Assembly: GCA_964385625.1 (NCBI GenBank)
Contig: CAYLPS010000003.1
Location: forward strand, 17,007 to 81,006
Direction: 5' to 3'
Length of the DNA: 64,000 nt
DNA from: an uncultured Anaerolineaceae bacterium
GTDB taxonomy: Bacteria > Chloroflexota > Anaerolineae > Anaerolineales > UBA4823
In this document: piece after piece, positions 8,803-17,346 of the stretch
How positions within the stretch are numbered: position 1 is the first letter of the stretch
Layout of the letters: each line of letters opens with the position of its first letter
The notes under the pieces: generated by a model
Databases searched by the model: none
Seen by the model: only the letters and a program-made list of their open reading frames with translations
Told to the model about the DNA's origin: nothing
Made by a program: the position numbers and the translations under genes

Positions 8803-10077
8803 ATGATCATACCTACCAATCAAATGGTAATTACCCAGGATACAGTTCTATCTCCAGGTGTTTACTGCCTGCCGGATGGGATAAAAATAGAAGGTCGTGA
8901 TATAACCCTGGATGGCAATGGGGCAACGCTGTTCGGCAAAGACAGCAGGGGTAGCGGTATATATGCGCAGCATGCTGAAAATATCACCATCAAAAATATA
9001 TCTCTGCAAAATTATTCTTGGGGAATCAACATCCGGGATAGTGCGCATATTACAATCACGCATTGTAATGTCAGGTGCACCCACGAAATTCCAGCCAACA
9101 CAGTCTTCTTGGATATCTGGATTCCATACGAAAATGCATATGGAGCTGGCATCATCCTTAAAGATGTCGAGCATGTTCTGGTTGAAGAGAATGATTTTTC
9201 ACATCAAATGAATGGGTTGTTGACCTACCATTGCAACCAGCTCAGGGTGGTCAATAACCTGGCAAATTACTGCAGTGGTTGGGGCTTTCACCTAAACAGT
9301 ACCAGCAATAGTTACTTTGAGAAAAACAGCGCTGATTATTGCTGCAGATATGAGCCGAGGGATTCTCGCAAGGGTCATATAGGTGCAGATTCCGCCGGCT
9401 TCCTCATCGTCAATCACTCATGTGATAATAAGTTTATAAAAAATAACGCCAGGATGGGCGGAGATGGCTTTTTCCTGGCGGGAATGAATCCCTCCTTCGA
9501 AGCTGTTGGATGTGATGGAAACCTATTCGAAGAAAATGATGCTTCATACAGCCCCAATAATGCCTTTGAAGCAACCTTTAGCCGGGGAAATATCTTTCAC
9601 GCAAACGACGCAAGTAACAGCAATTACGGTTTTTGGCTGGGTTTTTCTAGCAGCACGGTTCTTGAACAGAATCAGATGATCGCTAACCGCCAGGCGGGTA
9701 TTGCAGTAGAAAATGGGGTTAATTTTATCGTTTCTGGTAACCTGCTCTCGAACAATCACTACGGGAGACTATTATGGTCGAAGCTTGTTCCACAAATCGC
9801 TCGGCTGCTTCCCGAAAATATAACCAGTCTTAATTGGCGCATCGAACATAATTCCTTTCTTTCCAACCACAAAGCCATCCGCATCGCCGCCAATCAAGAT
9901 CATGGCATCCACCCGTTGCCCGAAAGTGGGGAGCTCGGTTTGCTGGCTCCTACACCAGCTCACCACATCATTCACGACAATAAATTCGAAAGCAATGTTT
10001 ACGTTATTGAACAGGCTGACGTGCAAGACACCTTGATTGATGGAAATGAAATGGTGAATAATCTCCATGAACGATAA
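8803..10077 (+). CDS. Right-handed parallel beta-helix (PbH1/NosD-like) repeat protein, apparently cytoplasmic
   Basis: The ORF track gives 8770-10077 from a TTG. The first ATG is at 8803. Periodic beta-helix repeats are visible (ITIKNISLQN, ITITHCNV, VLVEENDF, NxF..N.A). I see no signal peptide. Confidence 0.65.
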   Translation: MIIPTNQMVITQDTVLSPGVYCLPDGIKIEGRDITLDGNGATLFGKDSRGSGIYAQHAENITIKNISLQNYSWGINIRDSAHITITHCNVRCTHEIPANTVFLDIWIPYENAYGAGIILKDVEHVLVEENDFSHQMNGLLTYHCNQLRVVNNLANYCSGWGFHLNSTSNSYFEKNSADYCCRYEPRDSRKGHIGADSAGFLIVNHSCDNKFIKNNARMGGDGFFLAGMNPSFEAVGCDGNLFEENDASYSPNNAFEATFSRGNIFHANDASNSNYGFWLGFSSSTVLEQNQMIANRQAGIAVENGVNFIVSGNLLSNNHYGRLLWSKLVPQIARLLPENITSLNWRIEHNSFLSNHKAIRIAANQDHGIHPLPESGELGLLAPTPAHHIIHDNKFESNVYVIEQADVQDTLIDGNEMVNNLHER

Positions 10078-11809
10078 CGTCACCATCAGCGTCGCCCAGG
10101 CAATCCAGGATTTCAGGTCTGCCCGCCAAAAAGCGACATTAAGGGAAATTATCGCTCGTTTCACCGGCGACGATTTTGAATTACTCTCTTTTAATGAGGT
10201 TCGCCAGAAATTAAAAGCCCAAATGGGTCATCAGCGCATATTAAAAGAAATTCCGATCAATGCCATCATCGGCAGTGTGAATCGTTACCAGGATTTCTCA
10301 CGTGATTTCCTTCCCAGTAAAAACATAAATCCAGAACGATGGGCGAATATCGAGCTCGCCAATTACGGGTCTCGAGGATTACCTCCCATTGAAGTGTACC
10401 AGATCGATGAGGCGTATTTCGTCAGTGACGGAAATCACCGTATTTCAGTGGCTAAACAACTCGGCGCCACTGAAATACAGGCCTATGTGACCGAAGTGCA
10501 CACCCGCGTGCCGCTAACACCAGATGTCCGTCTAGAGGACTTGATCCTTAAATCTGAATATGCCGATTTCCTCGAGCATACCAACCTTGATCAAATCCGC
10601 CCCGAGTCCGACTTATCTGTCACGGTGCCAGGGCAATATGAGGTTATCGAAGAGCATATTGCCGTCCACCGCTACTTCATGGGGATTGAGCAGCAACGTG
10701 AAATACCCCTGCGCGAAGCGATCGCCGATTGGTATGACAACGTTTATATGCCGGTAATAAATATTATTCGCCAGCATGGGTTACTAATCGATTTTCCCGA
10801 TCGCACGGAAGCAGACTTATACCTGTGGATTGCCGACCACCGGGCTGCTTTGGAAGATGAGATAAAAAGCCAGGTGGAGATAACCAGCGCAGCAGATGAC
10901 CTGGCAGGTCAATTCAGCCAACGGCCTTATCGGGTGATCGCCCGTATTGGTGGTAAATTCATCAAAGCCCTCTTCCCGCGAACCCTCGAGCCTGGTCCAT
11001 CTCCGGGGGAATGGCGGCAAAATATTGTGACTTCTCGTCAGGCAGATCGGCTATTCAATGAAATTTTAGTGCCAATCAATGGCCGCGAGGATGGCTGGTA
11101 TGGCTTGGAGCAGGCGTTTATCTTTGCCAGGCGTGAAGCAGCCAATCTGAATGGATTGTTTATCACCCAATCTGAACCAGAGTTATCTTCCGATTTGTCC
11201 AGAGTAATCATGGACCAGTTTAATCAGCGTTGCGAAGAATCAAGTGTGAAATGCAAGCTTCAGATGACAACAGGGGATGTTGTATCCACCATTTGTGACC
11301 GTGCTCGCTGGAATGACCTGGTAATTTTAAATCTGACCTACCCGCCAGCTTCATCAGCAGTTGCCAGGTGGAGTTCGGGCGTGCGAAATTTAGTGCAGAG
11401 ATGCCCAAGACCTATCCTGTTCACCCCTCAAACCACCACACCATTGAATCACGCCTTGTTGGCATATGATGGAAGCTTTAAAGCCCAGGAAGCGCTATTT
11501 ATTGCTTCCTACCTGGCTGCCAAGTGGCAAATCCATCTATCGGTTATTACTATTGGACAGGAAGTGGACATCGATGATATTCAAGGTGATGCCAGGCAAT
11601 ACCTGGTGGATCACGCTGTTAATGCTGACTACATTTTGGCTGAAGGTGCTAAAAGTGCTGAAATCATCATCCAATATGCTGAAAAGCTGAATAGTGATTT
11701 GATTTTAACTGGGGGTTACAGTCACAACCCCATCCTGGAAGTGATCCAGGGGGGTGATGTCGACTACTTGTTGCGTCATACAAGTGTCCCCATCATTGTT
11801 TGCAGGTGA
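10067..11809 (+). CDS. ParB/sulfiredoxin-like N-terminal domain fused to a helical middle region and two universal stress protein (USP) domains
   Basis: 580 aa. ParB/Srx-type motif is IEVYQIDEAYFVSDGNHRISVAKQLG. The C-terminal half has two USP-like halves (ILVPINGREDG... and ...LILTGGYSHNPILEVIQGGDVDYLLRHTSVPIIVCR). The ATG overlaps the beta-helix stop by 11 nt. Confidence 0.6.
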   Translation: MNDNVTISVAQAIQDFRSARQKATLREIIARFTGDDFELLSFNEVRQKLKAQMGHQRILKEIPINAIIGSVNRYQDFSRDFLPSKNINPERWANIELANYGSRGLPPIEVYQIDEAYFVSDGNHRISVAKQLGATEIQAYVTEVHTRVPLTPDVRLEDLILKSEYADFLEHTNLDQIRPESDLSVTVPGQYEVIEEHIAVHRYFMGIEQQREIPLREAIADWYDNVYMPVINIIRQHGLLIDFPDRTEADLYLWIADHRAALEDEIKSQVEITSAADDLAGQFSQRPYRVIARIGGKFIKALFPRTLEPGPSPGEWRQNIVTSRQADRLFNEILVPINGREDGWYGLEQAFIFARREAANLNGLFITQSEPELSSDLSRVIMDQFNQRCEESSVKCKLQMTTGDVVSTICDRARWNDLVILNLTYPPASSAVARWSSGVRNLVQRCPRPILFTPQTTTPLNHALLAYDGSFKAQEALFIASYLAAKWQIHLSVITIGQEVDIDDIQGDARQYLVDHAVNADYILAEGAKSAEIIIQYAEKLNSDLILTGGYSHNPILEVIQGGDVDYLLRHTSVPIIVCR

Positions 11810-11818
11810 TTCCACCAT

Positions 11819-12439
11819 TTACACCAACTCAATCCTTTTATACCCAAAGGCATTGATCACCCTGGTCTTTCCCCAGGTGGTTTCTGTGATTGTATACGGT
11901 CGATAAACATGAATATGACCATGCAAATGATAATCTGGCTGAAAATTGGTGATCAGCCATCGGAAAGCTTTGATTCCCTGGTGTGCCAGATCAGGCTGGT
12001 CATGAATCCCCCAGGGAGGTGCATGAGTAATAAGCACGTTCAGAAAGCGGCCATATTTTAGACGATTTAATAATAAAGTTGGTACAATCCTAAACGCATA
12101 CAGCCACATTTCAAATTGTGTGTATTGAAATGGGCCGTTCCTGTACTTCAAACTGCCCTCAATCCCCGCGAATGTAAAACCATCCTGGTTTATTACCCGT
12201 TGGTGCAAGTTTATTGCCCCAGGTTGGAACGAGTTATTATTTTCATCCGTTTGTGCGGGGATTGAATGGTTCCCATATACGTGAAATAAGGGAATATCGA
12301 GCGAGCTGATGATGTATTCCAGGTAGTATGAAGGCAGATCACCGCAGCCAATGGCGACATCAGTATCCGACAAAATCTCGCGAATTTTTGGACTGTAAAT
12401 CCATTCTACAACAATATCACTGACTGCTAAAATCTTCAT
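11819..12439 (-). CDS. Calcineurin-like metallophosphoesterase
   Basis: 206 aa. Motifs GCGDL, GNHS, THAPP and GHIH. Confidence 0.8.
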   Translation of the reverse strand: MKILAVSDIVVEWIYSPKIREILSDTDVAIGCGDLPSYYLEYIISSLDIPLFHVYGNHSIPAQTDENNNSFQPGAINLHQRVINQDGFTFAGIEGSLKYRNGPFQYTQFEMWLYAFRIVPTLLLNRLKYGRFLNVLITHAPPWGIHDQPDLAHQGIKAFRWLITNFQPDYHLHGHIHVYRPYTITETTWGKTRVINAFGYKRIELV

Positions 12440-12442
12440 TGA

Positions 12443-13381
12443 TCACTTAGAAGACGATCTCTTTAATAAATCTCGTAGTGCGTCCTCCAAATGATCGAAT
12501 TTAAAGACAAAACCCTGGTCCAACAGCTTTTTGGGAGTGGCATGTAATCCCTCCAGTACGGTCATCGCCACCTCTCCAAAGGCCAACTGCATTGCAAACG
12601 CCGGGATTGGAAAATAGTGCGGCCGGTTGATGACCCTGGCAATGGTCCTGCCGAATTCGTTATTCGTCACAGGGTTGGGAGCGGTTAAATTGTAAACCCC
12701 GTTGCATTGTGAATTACGTATCAGGAATTGGATCGCATTTGCTTCATCGTAAATATGGATCCACGAGTACACCTGGCGTCCATTGCCCAACGGTCCACCG
12801 ACAAATAAGTGATAGGGTAAAACGATGGATGGTAGCGCGCCGCCTTGCGTAGACAGGACGATACCATTTCGGATCACCGCTCTCCGCACTCCCATCGCCT
12901 CAATTGGCAATGTTGAGGCCTCCCAATCCTTTCCCAGGTTTGCCAGGAAATCATTCCCACTGCCATCTTCCTCAGTTAGTGTTTTTTGCTGTTGAGTGCC
13001 ATAATAATTAATGCCTGATGCCTGGATGAAAACAGAGGGCTTCACCTGCGCTTGCTCAATTGCTTTGGTCAGCACATTACCCGCATCGACCCGACTGCGT
13101 AGTAATAATGATTTCCTATCTTCCGACCATCGCCTTGGGAAATAGCCCTTCCCTGAAAGGTTTTCCCCCACCAGGTTTACCACTGCATCACAGCTATTAA
13201 GCTGGTGCGCCCAATCACCAACTATCTTTCCATCCCATTGAATAGCTTTCACCTCAGGAGGGAGTCCATCAATTGTCGAAGGATTTCTGCTTAAAATCAA
13301 CACTTCATCTTTTGCTTGCAGCAATAATAAAATTAGTTCCCGTCCGATCAGTCCACTACCGCCGGCAATTATGATTCTCAT
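12443..13381 (-). CDS. TIGR01777/YfcH-type NAD-dependent epimerase family protein (SDR + DUF1731)
   Basis: The ORF track gives 12443-13384 from a GTG. The ATG at 13381 has a GGAGGTG SD. N-terminal Rossmann motif IIAGGSGLIGREL. Confidence 0.75.
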   Translation of the reverse strand: MRIIIAGGSGLIGRELILLLLQAKDEVLILSRNPSTIDGLPPEVKAIQWDGKIVGDWAHQLNSCDAVVNLVGENLSGKGYFPRRWSEDRKSLLLRSRVDAGNVLTKAIEQAQVKPSVFIQASGINYYGTQQQKTLTEEDGSGNDFLANLGKDWEASTLPIEAMGVRRAVIRNGIVLSTQGGALPSIVLPYHLFVGGPLGNGRQVYSWIHIYDEANAIQFLIRNSQCNGVYNLTAPNPVTNNEFGRTIARVINRPHYFPIPAFAMQLAFGEVAMTVLEGLHATPKKLLDQGFVFKFDHLEDALRDLLKRSSSK

Positions 13382-13529
13382 CACTTCACCTCCCTCAGGA
13401 CCATTGATGCCCTAAGCCAGATATTTTTTATATCGTAATAAGATATTTATTATCGTCATTATATCATGCATCATTCCTCTAGTTCACCAATGATAAAATT
13501 GCTGGATATCAATGTAGGGTAAACCACAG

Positions 13530-14693
13530 GTGATAATCAAAGATCTATTTTTACTTGAACCTGAGATAATTTTTTTGAACCATGGCTCATTTGGCGCTTG
13601 CCCCCGCCCTGTGTTCGAGACTTACCAGGCCTGGCAAAGGCGGCTTGAGCAGCAGCCGGTCCAATTTCTCGGAGTTGAGTTCGAGCGCCACCTGTTCGAA
13701 GCACGCCAGTCACTGGCAGCATATCTTCACTCCCCTGTTGACAGTCTCGTATATGTGCCCAATGCCACCCACGGGGTGAATATCGTTGCCCAATCCCTCG
13801 ATCTGAAGCCTGGCGACGAAATCCTGTCTACAGATCAGGAATACGGAGCATGTGATCTGATATGGAAGTTCGTGTGCGGCAGAAAGGGGGCGATATACCG
13901 CCAGCGGCCCATTTCTTTACCCGCAAGTTCCCAGGAGGATATTGCCCGGCAGTTATGGCAAGGTGTCACTTCGCATACGCGGGTGATTTTCCTCAGTCAC
14001 ATCACTTCACCTACAGCCCTCACCATACCAGTGCAGTTGATATGTGCGCGTGCGCGAGAGGCTGGAATTCTTACCATAATTGACGGTGCTCATGCCCCAG
14101 GTCAGATTGAGGTCGATTTGCAATCCTTGCAAGCTGATTTCTATGCCGGCAATTGCCATAAGTGGATGATGAGTCCCAAGGGGGCTGGCTTTTTATACGC
14201 CCGGTGCGATGTGCAGCACCTGGTTAAGCCACTTGTTGTAAGCTGGGGTTACCAATCTAATTTCAGCCCTCCCCACGAGTCTAAATTTATAGATTTCCTT
14301 CAATGGACCGGCACACAGGACCCTGCAGCTTACCTTTCTGTTCCTGCAGCGATTGAATTCATGCAGAAATACCATTGGGAGGTTATTCGCCGCTCCTGCC
14401 ATCAGCTCCTTCAGTATGCCATTGAAAAGATATGCAATCTAACGGGCATATCACCGCTCTATTCCCCTGGCTCGGATTTTTATCAACAGATGGCTACAAT
14501 ACCTATCCCGCATATGAGAGATTTATGTGAATTAAAAGACAGGCTGTATAACGAATACAACATTGAAATTCCCTGCATCGATTGGGATAACCGCCACTTT
14601 ATTCGCATATCTGTCCAGGGTTATAATTCTAAGGCAGATATCGATAACCTTATAGGTGCCCTGGTAAAGTTTCTGCCAGTTTTCCAGGAATGA
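13530..14693 (+). CDS. Class V aminotransferase (isopenicillin-N-epimerase / cysteine-desulfurase-like), PLP-dependent
   Basis: 387 aa. FLNHGSFGACP N-terminus and PLP-lysine context NCHKWMMSPKGAGFLY. GTG start. Confidence 0.8.
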   Translation: MIIKDLFLLEPEIIFLNHGSFGACPRPVFETYQAWQRRLEQQPVQFLGVEFERHLFEARQSLAAYLHSPVDSLVYVPNATHGVNIVAQSLDLKPGDEILSTDQEYGACDLIWKFVCGRKGAIYRQRPISLPASSQEDIARQLWQGVTSHTRVIFLSHITSPTALTIPVQLICARAREAGILTIIDGAHAPGQIEVDLQSLQADFYAGNCHKWMMSPKGAGFLYARCDVQHLVKPLVVSWGYQSNFSPPHESKFIDFLQWTGTQDPAAYLSVPAAIEFMQKYHWEVIRRSCHQLLQYAIEKICNLTGISPLYSPGSDFYQQMATIPIPHMRDLCELKDRLYNEYNIEIPCIDWDNRHFIRISVQGYNSKADIDNLIGALVKFLPVFQE

Positions 14694-14738
14694 TTATAGA
14701 CAAAACCGTCTTTTTCTTCAGGAAGTGATGGTGCATGT

Positions 14739-15446
14739 ATGCCAATTCTAGATCAATGGGAAATAACACTTACAGTCGATGATGTGCTGCGCGCTCAAGG
14801 AGCTGATCCTGCAGCAATACGCAGTCGACGTCCATCCCTGATCAAAATAACCGAACAAGCTATCCACAAAGGGAAATACCTGCTCAAGCCACTCGTTCTA
14901 TACGAAACCTATCCTGTGAAGAGCTTTATCCACCAGCGCTTGGAGCTTGTACCCAGTCCAGCCAATCCGGGTAATGCCCAACTATCGGGTGCTCTGATTG
15001 CCCAGCATCTTGCCGGTGCCCAGCGCGTCATCGTGATGCTCTGTACGATTGGCAATGAGCTTGATGAAACAGTGTCGAGTGTATTCATGTCAGATCCCGT
15101 GGGTGCAATCGCATTGGATGGCATGGGTTCTGCTGCTGTTGAAAACCTGGCCATCCAGGCGTGCAACTATTTCGAAGCCCGGGCCAGCGACGATGGTCAA
15201 AATACCTCCATGCCACTTAACCCTGGCATGATCGGTTGGCCGGTGGAACAGGGCCAGTTGCAAATCTTCACCTTATTGGATAGTGAACAAATCCATGTTT
15301 CTCTCACTGAATCTTGCATGATGCTTCCTAACAAATCATTATCCATGGTGCTGGGTGTGGGAAAAGAGCTATCATCATTAGGAACTTCATGCGACTATTG
15401 CAGCCTGAAAGGAGTTTGCAAGTATCAGAATCATTATGCCAAATAA
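14739..15446 (+). CDS. Methionine-synthase activation-domain-like protein (Met_synt_B12 family, stand-alone)
   Basis: 235 aa. The core PLNPGMIGWPVEQGQLQIFTLLDSEQIHVSLTESCMMLPNKSLSMVLGVG matches the MetH reactivation-domain pattern. C-terminal CDYCSLKGVC. Confidence 0.6.
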   Translation: MPILDQWEITLTVDDVLRAQGADPAAIRSRRPSLIKITEQAIHKGKYLLKPLVLYETYPVKSFIHQRLELVPSPANPGNAQLSGALIAQHLAGAQRVIVMLCTIGNELDETVSSVFMSDPVGAIALDGMGSAAVENLAIQACNYFEARASDDGQNTSMPLNPGMIGWPVEQGQLQIFTLLDSEQIHVSLTESCMMLPNKSLSMVLGVGKELSSLGTSCDYCSLKGVCKYQNHYAK

Positions 15447-17268
15447 GCCTGAGTTCACCATCAACTTTCAACCTGTAGGACGGCGTGTTTCAATCCAATC
15501 AGGTCAATCCCTGTTAGAAGCAGCCCAAGATTCTGGGATAGGCTTGGCTTCAATTTGCGGTGGAATTGGAATCTGCACCAGCTGCAAGGTTCGCTTGGTC
15601 AAAGGTGTTCTTTCTCCATTGACTCAGGATGAATTGGCCATATTTTCGGACTTCGAGATAGAGTCAGGTTTTCGACTTGCCTGCCAGGCTTACCCCCTCA
15701 GCGATCTGACCATTGAAATTCCTCCCGAATCTCTATCAGCGCCTCAAAGATTGCAAATTGAAGGTCAGGCCCAGGTGGAGCAAATTGATCCCGTAATGCT
15801 GTCTGTCGGGTTGGATATACCAGTCCCCACCATCTCCGACCTGCGCTCCGACCAATCTCGTGTTGAAGATGGGCTTGTTCAAGCCGGTGTGTCACAGCCT
15901 GTTGAATTTGCGGCACCGGTATTGGAACAGCTTTCACCGGTTTTACGCAATCACCATTGGCAAGTCACTATGGCTATGCGCAATGGGGTTGTTATTTCGA
16001 TACTGCCACCATCAATGCCTCTCCTGGGGTTGGCTGTGGATGTGGGCACCACCAAGCTGGCAGCCTATTTGTGCGAGCTCTCCACAGGCTTAATCCTCGC
16101 CCAAGCAGGTGCCATGAACCCTCAAACCGCATTCGGCGAAGATGTCATCAGCCGCATAAGCTACACGAATAATCATCCTGATGGTAGAAAGCTCTTGCAA
16201 GGCAGGCTGGTTGACACGCTGAACCAGCTCATTGAAGAATTATGCCAAAAGGCAGTTAAATCAAATCACCCGGTTTCAGCAGATCAAATTGTTGATGCAG
16301 TGGTAGTGGGCAATACTGCAATGCACCATTTATTTGCCGGCTTGCCGGTTTTTCAGCTAGGTATTGCCCCCTATGTGCCGGCAGTAAGTGATGCCCTAGA
16401 AATTGATGCCAGCCGAATCGGCCTTAGGATCGCACCTGGCGCAAAAATATACCTTCCCGCCAATATCGCTGGATATGTTGGCGCCGATCATGTTGCCATG
16501 CTGCTATCTACGGGCGCTTGGAAAAAAGAGAAAACAACCATCGCCCTGGATATTGGTACCAATACAGAAATTTCCCTGGTACATAACCACCAGGTCATCG
16601 CCTGTTCTTGCGCCTCTGGACCAGCTTTTGAAGGTGCCCATATACAGGCTGGCATGCGCGCCGCCCCAGGAGCCATCGAGCGTGTGGAGGTGGTCCGGGG
16701 TGAGCTGCGTACTCAAAGTATTGATGATCTTGCGCCCACCGGCATTTGTGGCTCAGGTATCCTGGATGCCATTGCCTGTATGCGTCAGGTGGGGGCGCTT
16801 GATCATCGTGGCTCTTTCATCCCAGGGTATCCCGCAGTCAGGCAGGATGATCACACCCGTGAATTTTTACTCGTTGATCGTGCCCGGTCTGGCACAGGGA
16901 AAGACCTGGTGGTCACCCGCAAAGATGTGAACGAGATTCAGCTTGCCAAGGGAGCCATACGTACTGGCATTGATGTGTTATTAGAAGTTGCCAACATTCC
17001 CGCTGAAGCAATTGAAGAGTTTATTATTGCCGGTGCTTTCGGCACCTATATCAATATACCCAGTGCCGTGCGTATCGGCATGTTTCCATCCCTTCCACTT
17101 TCTCGTTTCAATCAGGTTGGAAATGCCGCTGGAGCAGGCGCTCGTCAAATGCTTCTCTCTGCTCAGCAGCGTCTGGTTGCCGAGGACTTTGCCAGGAAGG
17201 TTAAATACATAGAGCTATCTAATTATCCTAACTTTACGGCGATTTTCTCAAGATCATTATTTCTTTAA
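15436..17268 (+). CDS. RACo-like corrinoid reductive activase: plant-type [2Fe-2S] ferredoxin domain + ASKHA ATPase (DUF4445)
   Basis: 610 aa. The N-terminal domain has CGGIGICTSCKV and a later C (LACQA). ASKHA phosphate motifs are GLAVDVGTTK, ALDIGTNTE and GICGSG. Its start overlaps the upstream stop by 11 nt. Confidence 0.7.
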   Translation: MPNKPEFTINFQPVGRRVSIQSGQSLLEAAQDSGIGLASICGGIGICTSCKVRLVKGVLSPLTQDELAIFSDFEIESGFRLACQAYPLSDLTIEIPPESLSAPQRLQIEGQAQVEQIDPVMLSVGLDIPVPTISDLRSDQSRVEDGLVQAGVSQPVEFAAPVLEQLSPVLRNHHWQVTMAMRNGVVISILPPSMPLLGLAVDVGTTKLAAYLCELSTGLILAQAGAMNPQTAFGEDVISRISYTNNHPDGRKLLQGRLVDTLNQLIEELCQKAVKSNHPVSADQIVDAVVVGNTAMHHLFAGLPVFQLGIAPYVPAVSDALEIDASRIGLRIAPGAKIYLPANIAGYVGADHVAMLLSTGAWKKEKTTIALDIGTNTEISLVHNHQVIACSCASGPAFEGAHIQAGMRAAPGAIERVEVVRGELRTQSIDDLAPTGICGSGILDAIACMRQVGALDHRGSFIPGYPAVRQDDHTREFLLVDRARSGTGKDLVVTRKDVNEIQLAKGAIRTGIDVLLEVANIPAEAIEEFIIAGAFGTYINIPSAVRIGMFPSLPLSRFNQVGNAAGAGARQMLLSAQQRLVAEDFARKVKYIELSNYPNFTAIFSRSLFL

Positions 17269-17346
17269 GCGATAGGTCTTGACACAAGTAACCCGCCTCG
17301 GTTACTCCCTCAATATCCGCTCACTAAAATTAACTAGATTGCATCT

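Noticed and set aside
14739-15446. The identical 11-nt overlap geometry (ATG-N5-TAA) at 10067-10077 and 15436-15446 as a shared regulatory signal
   Set aside because: The two overlap sequences differ (ATGAACGATAA versus ATGCCAAATAA). Two occurrences are compatible with chance, so I note them only as evidence of translational coupling.
16403-16930. 175-aa plus-strand alternative-frame ORF
   Set aside because: It lies inside the RACo-like gene in a different frame. The annotated frame carries the ASKHA motifs.
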